From Candidatus Fermentibacter danicus (GTDB lineage: Bacteria; Fermentibacterota; Fermentibacteria; Fermentibacterales; Fermentibacteraceae), in contig LKHB01000181.1 of NCBI GenBank assembly GCA_001618615.1, forward strand, positions 2,210 to 66,209: 64,000 nt of DNA. Reading direction: 5' to 3'. Below, one piece after another: positions 52,446-61,617 of this stretch (positions within the stretch are counted from its first letter, which is position 1; each line of letters opens with the position of its first letter). The notes beneath the pieces are model-generated. The model was not told the DNA's origin, did no database searches, and was given only the letters and a program-made list of their open reading frames with translations. The translations under genes were made by a program, and so were the position numbers.

Positions 52446-53699
52446 ATGCGTTCTGACCGCGGCGGATTCTCCCTGGAGGCGGGTTTCGACTTCCCCGGGA
52501 TTTCCCGGCAGGCGCTGGAAGCGTTCGGCGAATGGAGGAGGGCCGGCAGGCTGGGCTTCATGCAACTGCCCTTCGAAAGGGAATATGAGGCCATGTGTCT
52601 CGAAACGGCGAAGTCCTTCGACGGGCTGGTCGACGACGTGGTGCTGGATGGAATAGGCGGCTCGGCCCTCGGCGCCAGATGTCTGCTGTCCGCCCTCGCC
52701 GCCGGGCCGGACGCCCGCCCGGGGATCCATGTGATCGATTCGCCCGACCCTTTCACTGTCTCCCGCATCAAGGAGTCCTGCGATCCCGCGAGGACGCTCC
52801 TGCTCGTGATCACGAAGTCGGGTTCCACCGCCGAGACCATGTCGCTGTTCCTGTCCTTCCACGACTGGCTGCCGGAGGATCTCCGTGATTCGAGGATCGT
52901 CACCGTCACCGATCCCGCCAGGGGAGACCTCAGGCGGCTCTCGACGGACAGAGGCTGGCCTTCGCTTCCGGTACCCCCTTCGGTCGGAGGCAGATACAGC
53001 GTCCTGTCCCCGGTCGGGCTTCTTCCCGCGGCTCTGGCCGGCATCGATACCTCCGCTCTGCTGGACGGAGCCGCCTCCAGCGTGGAGGACTTCGACTCGG
53101 ACGCTCCAGGAAGCCTTGCCGGAAGGCTTGCGGCGTGCTGGCTGTCGCACTTCGTCACCCATCCGGTGCACGTCTTCTTCGTTTACTGCGACAGGCTTTA
53201 CGACACCGCGCTATGGTTCTCCCAGCTCTGGGCGGAGAGCCTCGGGAAAACCTCTCCCGACGGATCGGGAGGCATCGGGCAGACTCCGCTGGCCTGCCGG
53301 GGGCCGGCCGATCAGCATTCGCTCGTCCAGCTCTTCATGGAGGGCCCGTCCGACAAGTTCTTCACCTTCCTCGAGGTGGGCGGGCCATCGGAGCCACTTC
53401 CCGGCGGCTTCCAGGGATATCCATCGATAGAGTGGCTGGAGGGGAGGACCCTGAGCGAGCTCCGGTCGGCTGAGGCTTTCGCGACCGCATCCGCCCTGGA
53501 GGAGAAGGGCCTGCCGGTTTGCAGACTCTCGATCGACCGTTCCCCGGACGCCTTCGACATGGGCAGGCTGCTCTGCACGATCGAGATCGCCACGGTTCTC
53601 ACGGGACTCTCACTGGGCATCGATCCACTGGACCAGCCCGGGGTTGAGCGTGGCAAATATTTGACGTTCAAGCAAATGGGCAGGCCGGGCTGGAATTGA
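52446..53699 (+). CDS. pgi: Glucose-6-phosphate isomerase (short bacterial/archaeal-type PGI)
   Basis: 417 aa. DGIGGSALGAR, ITKSGSTAET and GGRYSVLSPVGLLPAALAGID are SIS-domain PGI signatures. Confidence 0.85.
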   Translation: MRSDRGGFSLEAGFDFPGISRQALEAFGEWRRAGRLGFMQLPFEREYEAMCLETAKSFDGLVDDVVLDGIGGSALGARCLLSALAAGPDARPGIHVIDSPDPFTVSRIKESCDPARTLLLVITKSGSTAETMSLFLSFHDWLPEDLRDSRIVTVTDPARGDLRRLSTDRGWPSLPVPPSVGGRYSVLSPVGLLPAALAGIDTSALLDGAASSVEDFDSDAPGSLAGRLAACWLSHFVTHPVHVFFVYCDRLYDTALWFSQLWAESLGKTSPDGSGGIGQTPLACRGPADQHSLVQLFMEGPSDKFFTFLEVGGPSEPLPGGFQGYPSIEWLEGRTLSELRSAEAFATASALEEKGLPVCRLSIDRSPDAFDMGRLLCTIEIATVLTGLSLGIDPLDQPGVERGKYLTFKQMGRPGWN

Positions 53700-54961
53700 C
53701 CACGATCCCGCTCCTCCTGGCGGCGCTGGCCTCCTTCGAGCCTTCCCCGATCGACCTGCTCGAGACGGAACTCCTCCTGGAATGGTCCGAACTCCCGTTC
53801 ATGGCTGCGGACGATTCGAGGATTCTCATCGACGGCCACCCTCGAATGCTGCTCCCGGGCGGTGTCCCTCTCCCCGCCTGGGGCTCCTTCGAATCGGTTT
53901 CCGTCAGGAGTCCTCTGGAAGCCGGCGTATGGGGGGGCGGAGGATGGACGATGGAGTTCGCCGTGCCGGAGATTCCCGACAGCAGCTACAGGAGCATGGC
54001 CGGCCTGATGGAGAGCACAGTCGGAAGGAACAGGTATGCCGGACTCCTCCAGAGGCCTCTCCCGATGGGGCTGGGGTTCGGAGCAGCCCTCGGGCGGGAG
54101 GACACGCTCTCTACACAGCTCCTGAGCCTCGTCCGTAAGCCGTTTTCACTCGACGGATTCCTGTGGCAGGGCTCGGGCATCCCCGACGGATACGCCGCCC
54201 GTGCCTCGTTCGCCCCCGGCAGGCCCGATCTCGAAGTATCCTGCGGCATCGTTTCGCCTTCCGGGGGCGTCACTTACGCCGAACCATCGCTCTCCGCCGC
54301 CTTCGGCAGCGGCAGTCTCCGCATGGAGGCCGCAGCCGGAGCTTCCGCATGGGATTCGATAGCTCATGTCGAGGCTCATCTGAAGGCCTCGGCCGGATTC
54401 GGGGGGACGATCCTGGTGGCGAGAGGGGATCTGTCCGGCGATCCCGATGACGCGGAAGCCGTTGGCATGGCGGGAGTCCTGCAGACGATACCCTCGGGAC
54501 CGGTTCTGGGCGTGGCCCTCACCGGCGCGGGGGAATCCGGGGGCGGATTGCTCGCCACGGCCTCATGGGGTCCGGTCGGAGCAGAAGCGTACTACCGGGA
54601 CGGCGCCTTCACCTCGGGAATCCACCTGAGATGGCCCTCCTGGCTATCGGCCTCGGCCTTCCGGTCGGACAGCCTGCTGCGTGCCGCGATGACGGTATTC
54701 CCCGGGTTCGCCTACGGCAGGAACGGCAGGATCAACATCGGTGGAAGAATGACGGCCACGCGCACCGGAGAGGACGATCCGACGGAGGAGATCCGCGCCG
54801 ACTTCTGCACCGCGTTTTCGCTCGGAGGGTTCTCGCTCGTTGGAGCAGTGGAGGACATATTCGACGACGGAGACCGGAGGATTGCCTATGGCATCGTCTG
54901 GAGGTTCTCCGATCCGCCTGCATGGCGGCCCGCCGATCCCGGGGAGGAGCGAGGAAGATGA
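53696..54961 (+). CDS. Hypothetical Gly/Ala/Ser-rich secreted protein
   Basis: 421 aa with a weak N-terminal signal. No family recognised. Overlaps pgi (4 nt) and purN (4 nt), suggesting co-translation. Confidence 0.4.
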   Translation: MTTIPLLLAALASFEPSPIDLLETELLLEWSELPFMAADDSRILIDGHPRMLLPGGVPLPAWGSFESVSVRSPLEAGVWGGGGWTMEFAVPEIPDSSYRSMAGLMESTVGRNRYAGLLQRPLPMGLGFGAALGREDTLSTQLLSLVRKPFSLDGFLWQGSGIPDGYAARASFAPGRPDLEVSCGIVSPSGGVTYAEPSLSAAFGSGSLRMEAAAGASAWDSIAHVEAHLKASAGFGGTILVARGDLSGDPDDAEAVGMAGVLQTIPSGPVLGVALTGAGESGGGLLATASWGPVGAEAYYRDGAFTSGIHLRWPSWLSASAFRSDSLLRAAMTVFPGFAYGRNGRINIGGRMTATRTGEDDPTEEIRADFCTAFSLGGFSLVGAVEDIFDDGDRRIAYGIVWRFSDPPAWRPADPGEERGR

Positions 54962-55599
54962 GCGGCAGAAGGATAGCGGTGCTGGCCTCCGGAAGGGGCA
55001 GCAACTTCGAGGCTCTCTGCACCGCCGACCTGGGAGACGCATCGGTGGTGCTGCTCGCCACAGACAACCCGAAGGCGGAGGCATTGATAAAGGCGAAGCG
55101 TCTCGGGATAGAGAAGGCGGTTTTCGATCCGGGGGCCGCACGCGGTGCATCCCCGGCCGGAATGGAGGCTTCCATCGCGGCTCTTCTCGAGGACAGGGGG
55201 ATCGATCTGGTCTGTCTGGCCGGCTTCATGAGGATATTGAAGGGGCCTCTCCTGGACAGGTTCGAGGGCAGGATACTGAACATCCATCCATCCCTGCTGC
55301 CCTCGTTCCCCGGGCTGGATGCACAGGCCAGGGCTCTCGAGTACGGCGTGAGGATCACCGGCTGCACCGTTCATTACGTGGACGCCGGTACGGATACCGG
55401 CCCGGTCGTGCTCCAGGCGGCCGTCCCGGTACTCGGGACCGATACGGTGGAGTCGCTCTCCCGCCGCATACTCAGGGAGGAACACCGGATATACCCGCTT
55501 GCAGTCCGGCTCCACTGCGAGGGGAGCATCCGCCTCGACGGGAGGACCGTCCATTTCCACGGGACGGACGGTATTCCAGGCCCGCTCGCTTCGTTATGA
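54958..55599 (+). CDS. purN: Phosphoribosylglycinamide formyltransferase
   Basis: Internal start MSGRRIAVLASGRGSNFEAL of track ORF 54565..55599. NIHPSLLPSFPG is the PurN active-site motif. Confidence 0.9.
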   Translation: MSGRRIAVLASGRGSNFEALCTADLGDASVVLLATDNPKAEALIKAKRLGIEKAVFDPGAARGASPAGMEASIAALLEDRGIDLVCLAGFMRILKGPLLDRFEGRILNIHPSLLPSFPGLDAQARALEYGVRITGCTVHYVDAGTDTGPVVLQAAVPVLGTDTVESLSRRILREEHRIYPLAVRLHCEGSIRLDGRTVHFHGTDGIPGPLASL

Positions 55600-55635
55600 T
55601 ACTCTGTTGCGAAAACATGGTCCGGAGGTAGCCCG

Positions 55636-56565
55636 ATGCTCGTCTGGAGCCTTGCATGGCTCATGGTTTTCTCGACGTCGTCCGATCCCGATCCGGGACC
55701 GGCCGGGATTCCGCTTTCAGTCGGAGACGCGCGGCTGCACCCCTCGAGGATGTCCCTCTCCTGCTACCCTGGCGAAACCCTCTCCCTGTCCACCCCGGAC
55801 AGTTGCTCCTGGGCGTTTTCCGGAGGCGAGCCCGCTTCCTGTTCCGGTACCTCCGCCTCCTGGACGGCTCCCAGGAGACACGGCGTGGTCAGGCTCTCCC
55901 TGTCTTCGCGGGATGCGGTTCAGGAATACGCCCTGATCATCCTTGTCGATGCGTCCAGATGGAGGACCACGACCCTGAACTCATATCCGATCGGCCTCTA
56001 TGGCGACGGAAACTCGAGGCGCGACAATCCGGCCGCCTTCATCGAGATGCGTCAGGCCGACGCCGGCGTCAGGCTCTCAAGCCATTTCACCCTGGGCGAG
56101 TTCCTCGGCCACACGGAAGGCTGTTATCCGCAATACCTCGCACTGGATCTGAGGCTGGTCGACAAGCTCGAAACACTGCTCTCCTCTCTCGGGGAGTCGT
56201 ACCCCGAACCGCTCGACATCCACGTGTTCAGCGGATTCAGGTCTCCGGAATACAACAGCTCCATCGGCAACGAGACGGACTTCAGCGCCCATCTCTACGG
56301 CACCGCAGCGGACATCTGGGTAGAGAGCTTTCCGCCCAACAACCTGATGGACGACGTGGACAGGAACAAGAGGATCGACATAGGCGACGGGAGCTTCATA
56401 GTCGATCTGACCAGGCGGATCGAGGCCTCCGGTTCCGTTCCCGTCGGCGGGGCGTCGGCCTACAGATGGACTCCGCAACACGGTCCGTTCGTACACATCG
56501 ACGTCCGGGGAAGGCCCGCGAGCTGGCAGACCCAGCTCAACCTCGTCCCGGATCCGGTCATCTAG
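55636..56565 (+). CDS. Peptidase M15A / DUF882 family (MepK/YcbK-like murein endopeptidase)
   Basis: 309 aa. HFTLGEF...SGFRSPEYNSSIG...SAHLYGTAADIW...HID give the Zn-binding His/Asp/His arrangement of LAS/M15 enzymes. Confidence 0.7.
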   Translation: MLVWSLAWLMVFSTSSDPDPGPAGIPLSVGDARLHPSRMSLSCYPGETLSLSTPDSCSWAFSGGEPASCSGTSASWTAPRRHGVVRLSLSSRDAVQEYALIILVDASRWRTTTLNSYPIGLYGDGNSRRDNPAAFIEMRQADAGVRLSSHFTLGEFLGHTEGCYPQYLALDLRLVDKLETLLSSLGESYPEPLDIHVFSGFRSPEYNSSIGNETDFSAHLYGTAADIWVESFPPNNLMDDVDRNKRIDIGDGSFIVDLTRRIEASGSVPVGGASAYRWTPQHGPFVHIDVRGRPASWQTQLNLVPDPVI

Positions 56566-56576
56566 GAAGGAACCCC

Positions 56577-57356
56577 TTGAAAACACTCAGCGGATCCGCG
56601 GCCGTCCTCGGCTGTTGTCTGGCGGCGAGCCTCGCCGCATTGCTCGTGATGGCCATGATGCTGAGGGCGGAGCGCTCCGGGGCGTCGAAGGTTCTGGACG
56701 ATGCCAGAGCCTCGATAGCTCTCATGGACACCATCCTCTCCGCAGATTCCACGCTCGGCGCCTGCAGGGACTCCATGGAGTACTACCGGGGCCGCACCGT
56801 CTCACTGGAGGCACGGATCGCCGCGGACAGCATTGCATCGGTCTTCCCCGGCTACTACCTGATCATCGATACCGGCCAGAACAGGTTCCATCTCCGCATG
56901 GGCGATCTCCTGGTGAGGTCCGGATACTGCGGCACCGGGAAGGGCTGGACCTCCAACGTAACGGGCGAGACCTGGGATTTCAGCACTCCGAGAGGTCTGA
57001 GGCACGTACTAGGCAACGGGACTAATCCATACTGGTTCAGGCCGGACTGGTTCTGGCTGGAGCAGAATGCCGCTCCTCCGGATCCCGACCAGGTGGTCAC
57101 GATCCCGCAGGATCTCTCCTACGAAGAACAGATCGCCTACTACAACGACTCCCTGACGGCCGGGGAGAGGTTCTATGTCCGGCAGGTGCCCGGGGCGCTT
57201 GGCTCCTACAAGGTCGACCTGGGCGGAGGCGTGCTGCTGCACTACGGCACGGGGAGGGGCGGCAACGTCAGCCATGGATGCATCAGGCTCAGCAGCGCCG
57301 ATCTCGAGGCAATCTACAGGACTCTTCCCATCGGCGCGCCGGTTCTGATCTACTGA
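56577..57356 (+). CDS. L,D-transpeptidase (YkuD domain)
   Basis: C-terminal part of track ORF 55656..57356, from TTG (LKTLSGSAAVLGCCLAASLAALLV, signal) with a GGAAGGA RBS. The catalytic motif SHGCIRLSSAD lies near the C-terminus. Confidence 0.75.
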   Translation: MKTLSGSAAVLGCCLAASLAALLVMAMMLRAERSGASKVLDDARASIALMDTILSADSTLGACRDSMEYYRGRTVSLEARIAADSIASVFPGYYLIIDTGQNRFHLRMGDLLVRSGYCGTGKGWTSNVTGETWDFSTPRGLRHVLGNGTNPYWFRPDWFWLEQNAAPPDPDQVVTIPQDLSYEEQIAYYNDSLTAGERFYVRQVPGALGSYKVDLGGGVLLHYGTGRGGNVSHGCIRLSSADLEAIYRTLPIGAPVLIY

Positions 57357-57369
57357 TGCGGAGGTTCAC

Positions 57370-58638
57370 ATGACCAGATCCGCGGCCGCGCCCGGCAGAA
57401 TCCCGGGCTCCAGGTTCGCCCCGCTCATAGGCGCCCTTGCCGCGCTGGTCGTGACGGCCGTCGTCATCGTCGCGATAAGGGCCGGTGGAGGCGGGGGGCC
57501 GGCGGACGGCGACGAGAACGCCGAGATGGGGGCGGTCACAGTCGAGGCCATCCCCGACTCCGTCAGGGACGAGATCCCGAATACATGGTCCCAGCCCAGG
57601 AACGACCCGTCCGGAACCGGAGTCTGGGGGCCGGATGTCGGTTCGCCCATGGACACCCTGTGGAGAATCCATACCGGCATGGAGTTCTTCGCAGCCCCCG
57701 CCCTCTGCGGCGGGACCCTCTATTTCGGAGGGAACGACGGCGTCTTCATGGCCGTCTCGGCCGCCGACGGCTCGCGGCTATGGGCGTTCGGAACGTCCTG
57801 CGGCCTGAACGGAGAGGCTGCAGTAAGCGACAGTGCAGTGTTCTTCTGCGGCCAGGACGGATATGTCTACTCGCTGGACCGCGCATCGGGCTCGCTCCGC
57901 TGGAAGGCGGGACTGGGATACCACATCTTCGCATCGGTGGGGCTCCTCTGCGATACCATCCTCGTCACCGGCAACTCCGAGGGCTCGATTGCGGCGCTGT
58001 CGGCTGCGAGCGGCGATCTGCTCTGGTCCGCATCGCCGGGCGGCGTGATACTCGGTCCTGCTCTTGCAGACACGATTGCTGTATTCACCTCGGAGGACGG
58101 GATCGCGTGCGCCTACGGCGCCGGCGGGAACGAGCTCTGGAGGAGGGATTTCTCCGCGCAGGCCTCCGCTCCTTCGATAGGAGGCTCTTCAGTCTATATC
58201 GGCTTCTCGGACGGAGTCGTGAGAAGGATCGACCTCGCTTCGGGAACGGTCGTGTGGGAAACCGACCTGGTGCACCAACCCGTCCGCACCGTCATTTCCA
58301 GACCCGTCCTCTCAGGGGGCAGAGTCTTCGCAGGCACGTGCGACAGCCGGGTGGTCTGCCTGTCCGAAGAGGACGGCTCCCTGCAGTGGGACACTCCCCT
58401 GGAGAACTGGGTCCAGCTTCCTCCCGCGGTCGGGGCGGCCTCGCTCTATGTCTGCTCCGACGACCAGCGTTTTCATGTGCTCGACGTCGAGACGGGCGAG
58501 ATCCGGTTCAGCATCGAGATGGGCGGCTATTCGGGAACGGCGCCCATACTCGCCAACGGTACGGTCTATTTCGGAACCGCTTCGGGCGACTTCTTCGCCT
58601 TCCGCGGAACCCTGGCCGACGACGGGGAAGAGCCCTGA
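57370..58638 (+). CDS. PQQ-like beta-propeller repeat protein (BamB-like)
   Basis: 422 aa with a signal anchor. Repeated tGxxxWxx motifs: GSRLWAF, SLRWKAG, LLWSAS, NELWRRD, VVWETD, SLQWDT. Confidence 0.7.
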   Translation: MTRSAAAPGRIPGSRFAPLIGALAALVVTAVVIVAIRAGGGGGPADGDENAEMGAVTVEAIPDSVRDEIPNTWSQPRNDPSGTGVWGPDVGSPMDTLWRIHTGMEFFAAPALCGGTLYFGGNDGVFMAVSAADGSRLWAFGTSCGLNGEAAVSDSAVFFCGQDGYVYSLDRASGSLRWKAGLGYHIFASVGLLCDTILVTGNSEGSIAALSAASGDLLWSASPGGVILGPALADTIAVFTSEDGIACAYGAGGNELWRRDFSAQASAPSIGGSSVYIGFSDGVVRRIDLASGTVVWETDLVHQPVRTVISRPVLSGGRVFAGTCDSRVVCLSEEDGSLQWDTPLENWVQLPPAVGAASLYVCSDDQRFHVLDVETGEIRFSIEMGGYSGTAPILANGTVYFGTASGDFFAFRGTLADDGEEP

Positions 58639-59519
58639 TGACCCGGGAGGAGGGGAGGATACACGCCGGATACGCCGTTATCGCGGGAGCCGCCAACTCC
58701 GGCAAGTCCTCTCTCTTCAACTATTTGGTAGGCAAGAACATATCCCCGGTCACTCCGGGCCGGGGCACGACGCGGGTGCCGCTCTCCGGGATCTGCCACA
58801 GGGCGGGGGATGACTGCCAGGTATGCCTGATCGACACGCCGCCTCTCGCATCGGCCGTCAACCTGAACCTGCTGGACTGGATGGATGCGGCATGCCTGCT
58901 GGTGGATGCGACCCGTCTCGGCGAGGAGCTTTCCTCCCCCGAGGCATCCGAGCTGTTCAGGCGTTTCGAGGGCAGGCCGGTCGTGCTGGGCCTGACCCAT
59001 GTGGACAGATTCGATGCCTCCCTCTGGCGTGCGCTTCTCAACCAGGCCGGTCTCATGCGGGAGTTCCCGTACGCCGTAGCCATGTGTCCGCCGCGGGGGA
59101 CGGGTGCAGCGGAGATGCTCGACGCCCTGGTCCGGCTGCTCCCCATGAGAAGGAGGCTCTTTCCGGACGGCTGCATCACCCTCCATTCCGAGCGCTTCCT
59201 CGTGTCGGAACTCATCAGGACGGAACTGTTCCACGTCCTCCCGGAGGAGATAGCCACCTCCACGGCCGTCCAGATCGAGGAGTACTCCCTCCGGGATTCC
59301 AAGACCTACATCAGGGCCAATCTCCTGGTATCCAGGCATTCCTTCAAGGGCATCGTGATAGGGCGCAGAGGGCAGACACTCCAGAAGATAACGGACTCCG
59401 CCTCCAGGGGAGCCGGCGACCTGCTCGGCAAGGTCGTCCTGCCCGACCTCTGGGTGAAGGTCCGGGAGTCGTGGCCCGACAACCGTCACGACCTGCTCGA
59501 GCTGGGCTATGTCATCTGA
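58638..59519 (+). CDS. era: GTPase Era
   Basis: C-terminal part of track ORF 57585..59519, from MTREEGRIHAGYAVIAGAANSGKSSLFN (G1). DTPP (G3) is present. The C-terminal KH domain ends ...WVKVRESWPDNRHDLLELGY. Overlaps the previous stop (TGATG). Confidence 0.85.
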   Translation: MTREEGRIHAGYAVIAGAANSGKSSLFNYLVGKNISPVTPGRGTTRVPLSGICHRAGDDCQVCLIDTPPLASAVNLNLLDWMDAACLLVDATRLGEELSSPEASELFRRFEGRPVVLGLTHVDRFDASLWRALLNQAGLMREFPYAVAMCPPRGTGAAEMLDALVRLLPMRRRLFPDGCITLHSERFLVSELIRTELFHVLPEEIATSTAVQIEEYSLRDSKTYIRANLLVSRHSFKGIVIGRRGQTLQKITDSASRGAGDLLGKVVLPDLWVKVRESWPDNRHDLLELGYVI

Positions 59520-60231
59520 CGCCTGCCGGATCAGCCTCGAGCAGTTCGAGGGCCCTCTCGACCTTCTGCTCTATCTGATCAAGCGCGATGAGCTGGACAT
59601 AAGAGAGGTGCCCATGGCAAGAGTAGCCTCGCAATACCTCGACTACATCCGGGAGGCCGAGGAACTCGACCTCGACATAGCGAGCGAATACCTGGTCATG
59701 GCGGCGACCCTCGCCAGCATCAAGAGCCGCGCCCTCCTCCCGTCCAGATCGGTGGAGGTCGAGGAGGATCCGGGCCGTGCCCTGATGCGCCAGCTCGTTC
59801 TGTACCGCGCCTTCAAGGAGGTCGCGGCGGAGCTCCGGGAGAGCGAGGAGATCTGGCGCAACGCGTTCCCTTCGGCGGGGGAGAGGGAGAGATGGGTTAC
59901 GGACGCACCCAGGACGACCTCGCCGGGGGAGGTGACCCTGCTGGATCTGATCGAGGCGATGGACTCCCTCTCGGCCGTGCCCGAGGAGCCCGTCCAGAAA
60001 TACAGGAGGCCAGAACTGAAGATCAGCGAGTGTATCGAGATGATATCCACCAGACTGAGGCACGGGCGGGGAACCAGTTTCAGGGATCTCGTCGGCGCGA
60101 CCCTCGACAGGCGCATCATCGTGGCCTTCTTCATCACCTTGCTGGAGCTCTCCAGACAGGGGCTGGTCACCTTCACCCAGCCTGTCCCGTTCGGTGAACT
60201 CGTACTCGTCAGGTCCGAAGGCTGGGTGTGA
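59509..60231 (+). CDS. scpA: Segregation and condensation protein A
   Basis: 240 aa. LEQFEGPLDLLLYLIKRDELDI is the ScpA N-terminal consensus. Confidence 0.85.
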   Translation: MSSDACRISLEQFEGPLDLLLYLIKRDELDIREVPMARVASQYLDYIREAEELDLDIASEYLVMAATLASIKSRALLPSRSVEVEEDPGRALMRQLVLYRAFKEVAAELRESEEIWRNAFPSAGERERWVTDAPRTTSPGEVTLLDLIEAMDSLSAVPEEPVQKYRRPELKISECIEMISTRLRHGRGTSFRDLVGATLDRRIIVAFFITLLELSRQGLVTFTQPVPFGELVLVRSEGWV

Positions 60232-60232
60232 A

Positions 60233-60811
60233 ATGCTGGATGTGACAGCGCGCATCGTCGAGGGCCTCCTGTTCGCCTCCGACCGTCCGCTGAGCCTCGA
60301 CGAGATCTGCGACCTGACAGGTTCCGGACCGGAAACCGTCACCGGGGCGCTGGAGAGGATTCAGGCCGCGCTGGAGGAGGAGGGCCACGCGATGATCCTC
60401 CAGGAGGCCGCCGGATCCTGGCGCATGGTGACCGATCCCGGAGTCGGGTCTTCCGTGGCCCAGCTCTTCGAGGACAGGAGGCCGGGAAGACTCAGTCGCG
60501 CCGCAGTGGAGGCCCTGGCCGTGATCGCATACAACCAGCCCTGCACCAGAGCAGCCATCGAGGCCATCAGGGGCGTGAACTGCGACAGCGCGCTGAAATC
60601 CCTGCTGGAGCGCGGGCTGATCAGGATCAGCGGGAGACAGGAGACGCCGGGAAGACCGCTCACCTATTCCACGACCGAGGGATTCCTGAATTATTTCGGA
60701 CTGAACGACATCGACCACCTTCCCCGCAAGAGGGAGATCGAGGAGCTGATAGGCTCCGGAGGGGATGGGGAGGGGGATGCCCCGAGTGAAACCGACCTCT
60801 TCGGCTCATAG
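60233..60811 (+). CDS. scpB: Segregation and condensation protein B
   Basis: Internal start MLDVTARIVEGLLFASDRPLSLDEI of track ORF 60194..60811. Tandem winged-helix ScpB motifs (AYNQPCTRAAIEAIRGVN). Confidence 0.85.
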   Translation: MLDVTARIVEGLLFASDRPLSLDEICDLTGSGPETVTGALERIQAALEEEGHAMILQEAAGSWRMVTDPGVGSSVAQLFEDRRPGRLSRAAVEALAVIAYNQPCTRAAIEAIRGVNCDSALKSLLERGLIRISGRQETPGRPLTYSTTEGFLNYFGLNDIDHLPRKREIEELIGSGGDGEGDAPSETDLFGS

Positions 60812-60842
60812 CGCACCCGGAGGAGATGAGCGGCCGGGCGGG

Positions 60843-61556
60843 ATGAGGCTGAACCGCTTCCTCGCAAGGGCGGGAGTGGGCTCCAGGAGAACCTGCGACG
60901 ACCTGATCAGGCAGGGGCTCGTGACGGTGAATGGAAGACGCCCCGAGTCCCTGGGCGTGCAGGTCTCACCGGGCGACAGGGTGGAGTATGCCGGAAGGAG
61001 GATCGTCCTTCCCGATGTTTCGATCTATGCCTGGAACAAGCCCATCGGGGTCGAGACGAGCATGGCGGACAGGAGCGGCAGGCTGAAGGCCCTGCTCGAG
61101 AGGCTGACGCCCGGCTGCGTGCCGGTCGGCAGGCTGGACATCAACACCGGCGGACTGCTCATCCTGACGAACGACGGCGACCTGACCAACAGGCTGACCC
61201 ATCCCAGATGGGGGGTGGAGCGCGAGTACGTCCTCACCCTGGCCGGGGACATCCCGGGCGGCGTGCTGGGCAGGCTTCGCTCAGGCATCTCGATTGGTCC
61301 CGGTCCGCTCTGCCGGCCCGTATCCGTTGCGCCGCTGGGAGCCAGGCGCCTCTCCGTCGTCCTGTCGAGCGGGAGATACCACGAAGTGAGGCGCATGGCG
61401 GCCGCAGCCGGCCTGACTCTCGCCTCGCTGGAGCGGACGCGGTTCGGCCCGGTCACGATAGGCGATCTCCCCAGGGGCGGGCACCGGAACCTGTCCCGCA
61501 AGGAGGCAGGTATGCTCTACTCCCTCGTTGGCCTCGAACCCCCGGGGTCTCATTGA
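60843..61556 (+). CDS. rluB: Pseudouridine synthase, RsuA/RluB family (N-terminal S4 domain)
   Basis: Internal start MRLNRFLARAGVGSRRTCDDLIRQGLVTVNG (S4) of track ORF 60765..61556. The catalytic Asp lies in GRLDINTGGLLILTNDG. Confidence 0.8.
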   Translation: MRLNRFLARAGVGSRRTCDDLIRQGLVTVNGRRPESLGVQVSPGDRVEYAGRRIVLPDVSIYAWNKPIGVETSMADRSGRLKALLERLTPGCVPVGRLDINTGGLLILTNDGDLTNRLTHPRWGVEREYVLTLAGDIPGGVLGRLRSGISIGPGPLCRPVSVAPLGARRLSVVLSSGRYHEVRRMAAAAGLTLASLERTRFGPVTIGDLPRGGHRNLSRKEAGMLYSLVGLEPPGSH

Positions 61557-61617
61557 CGGCGGAGCCCTGCGGGGAGATAATTCTCCTCTATGCGTAAAAG
61601 AGGGGACGTGACCTTGT

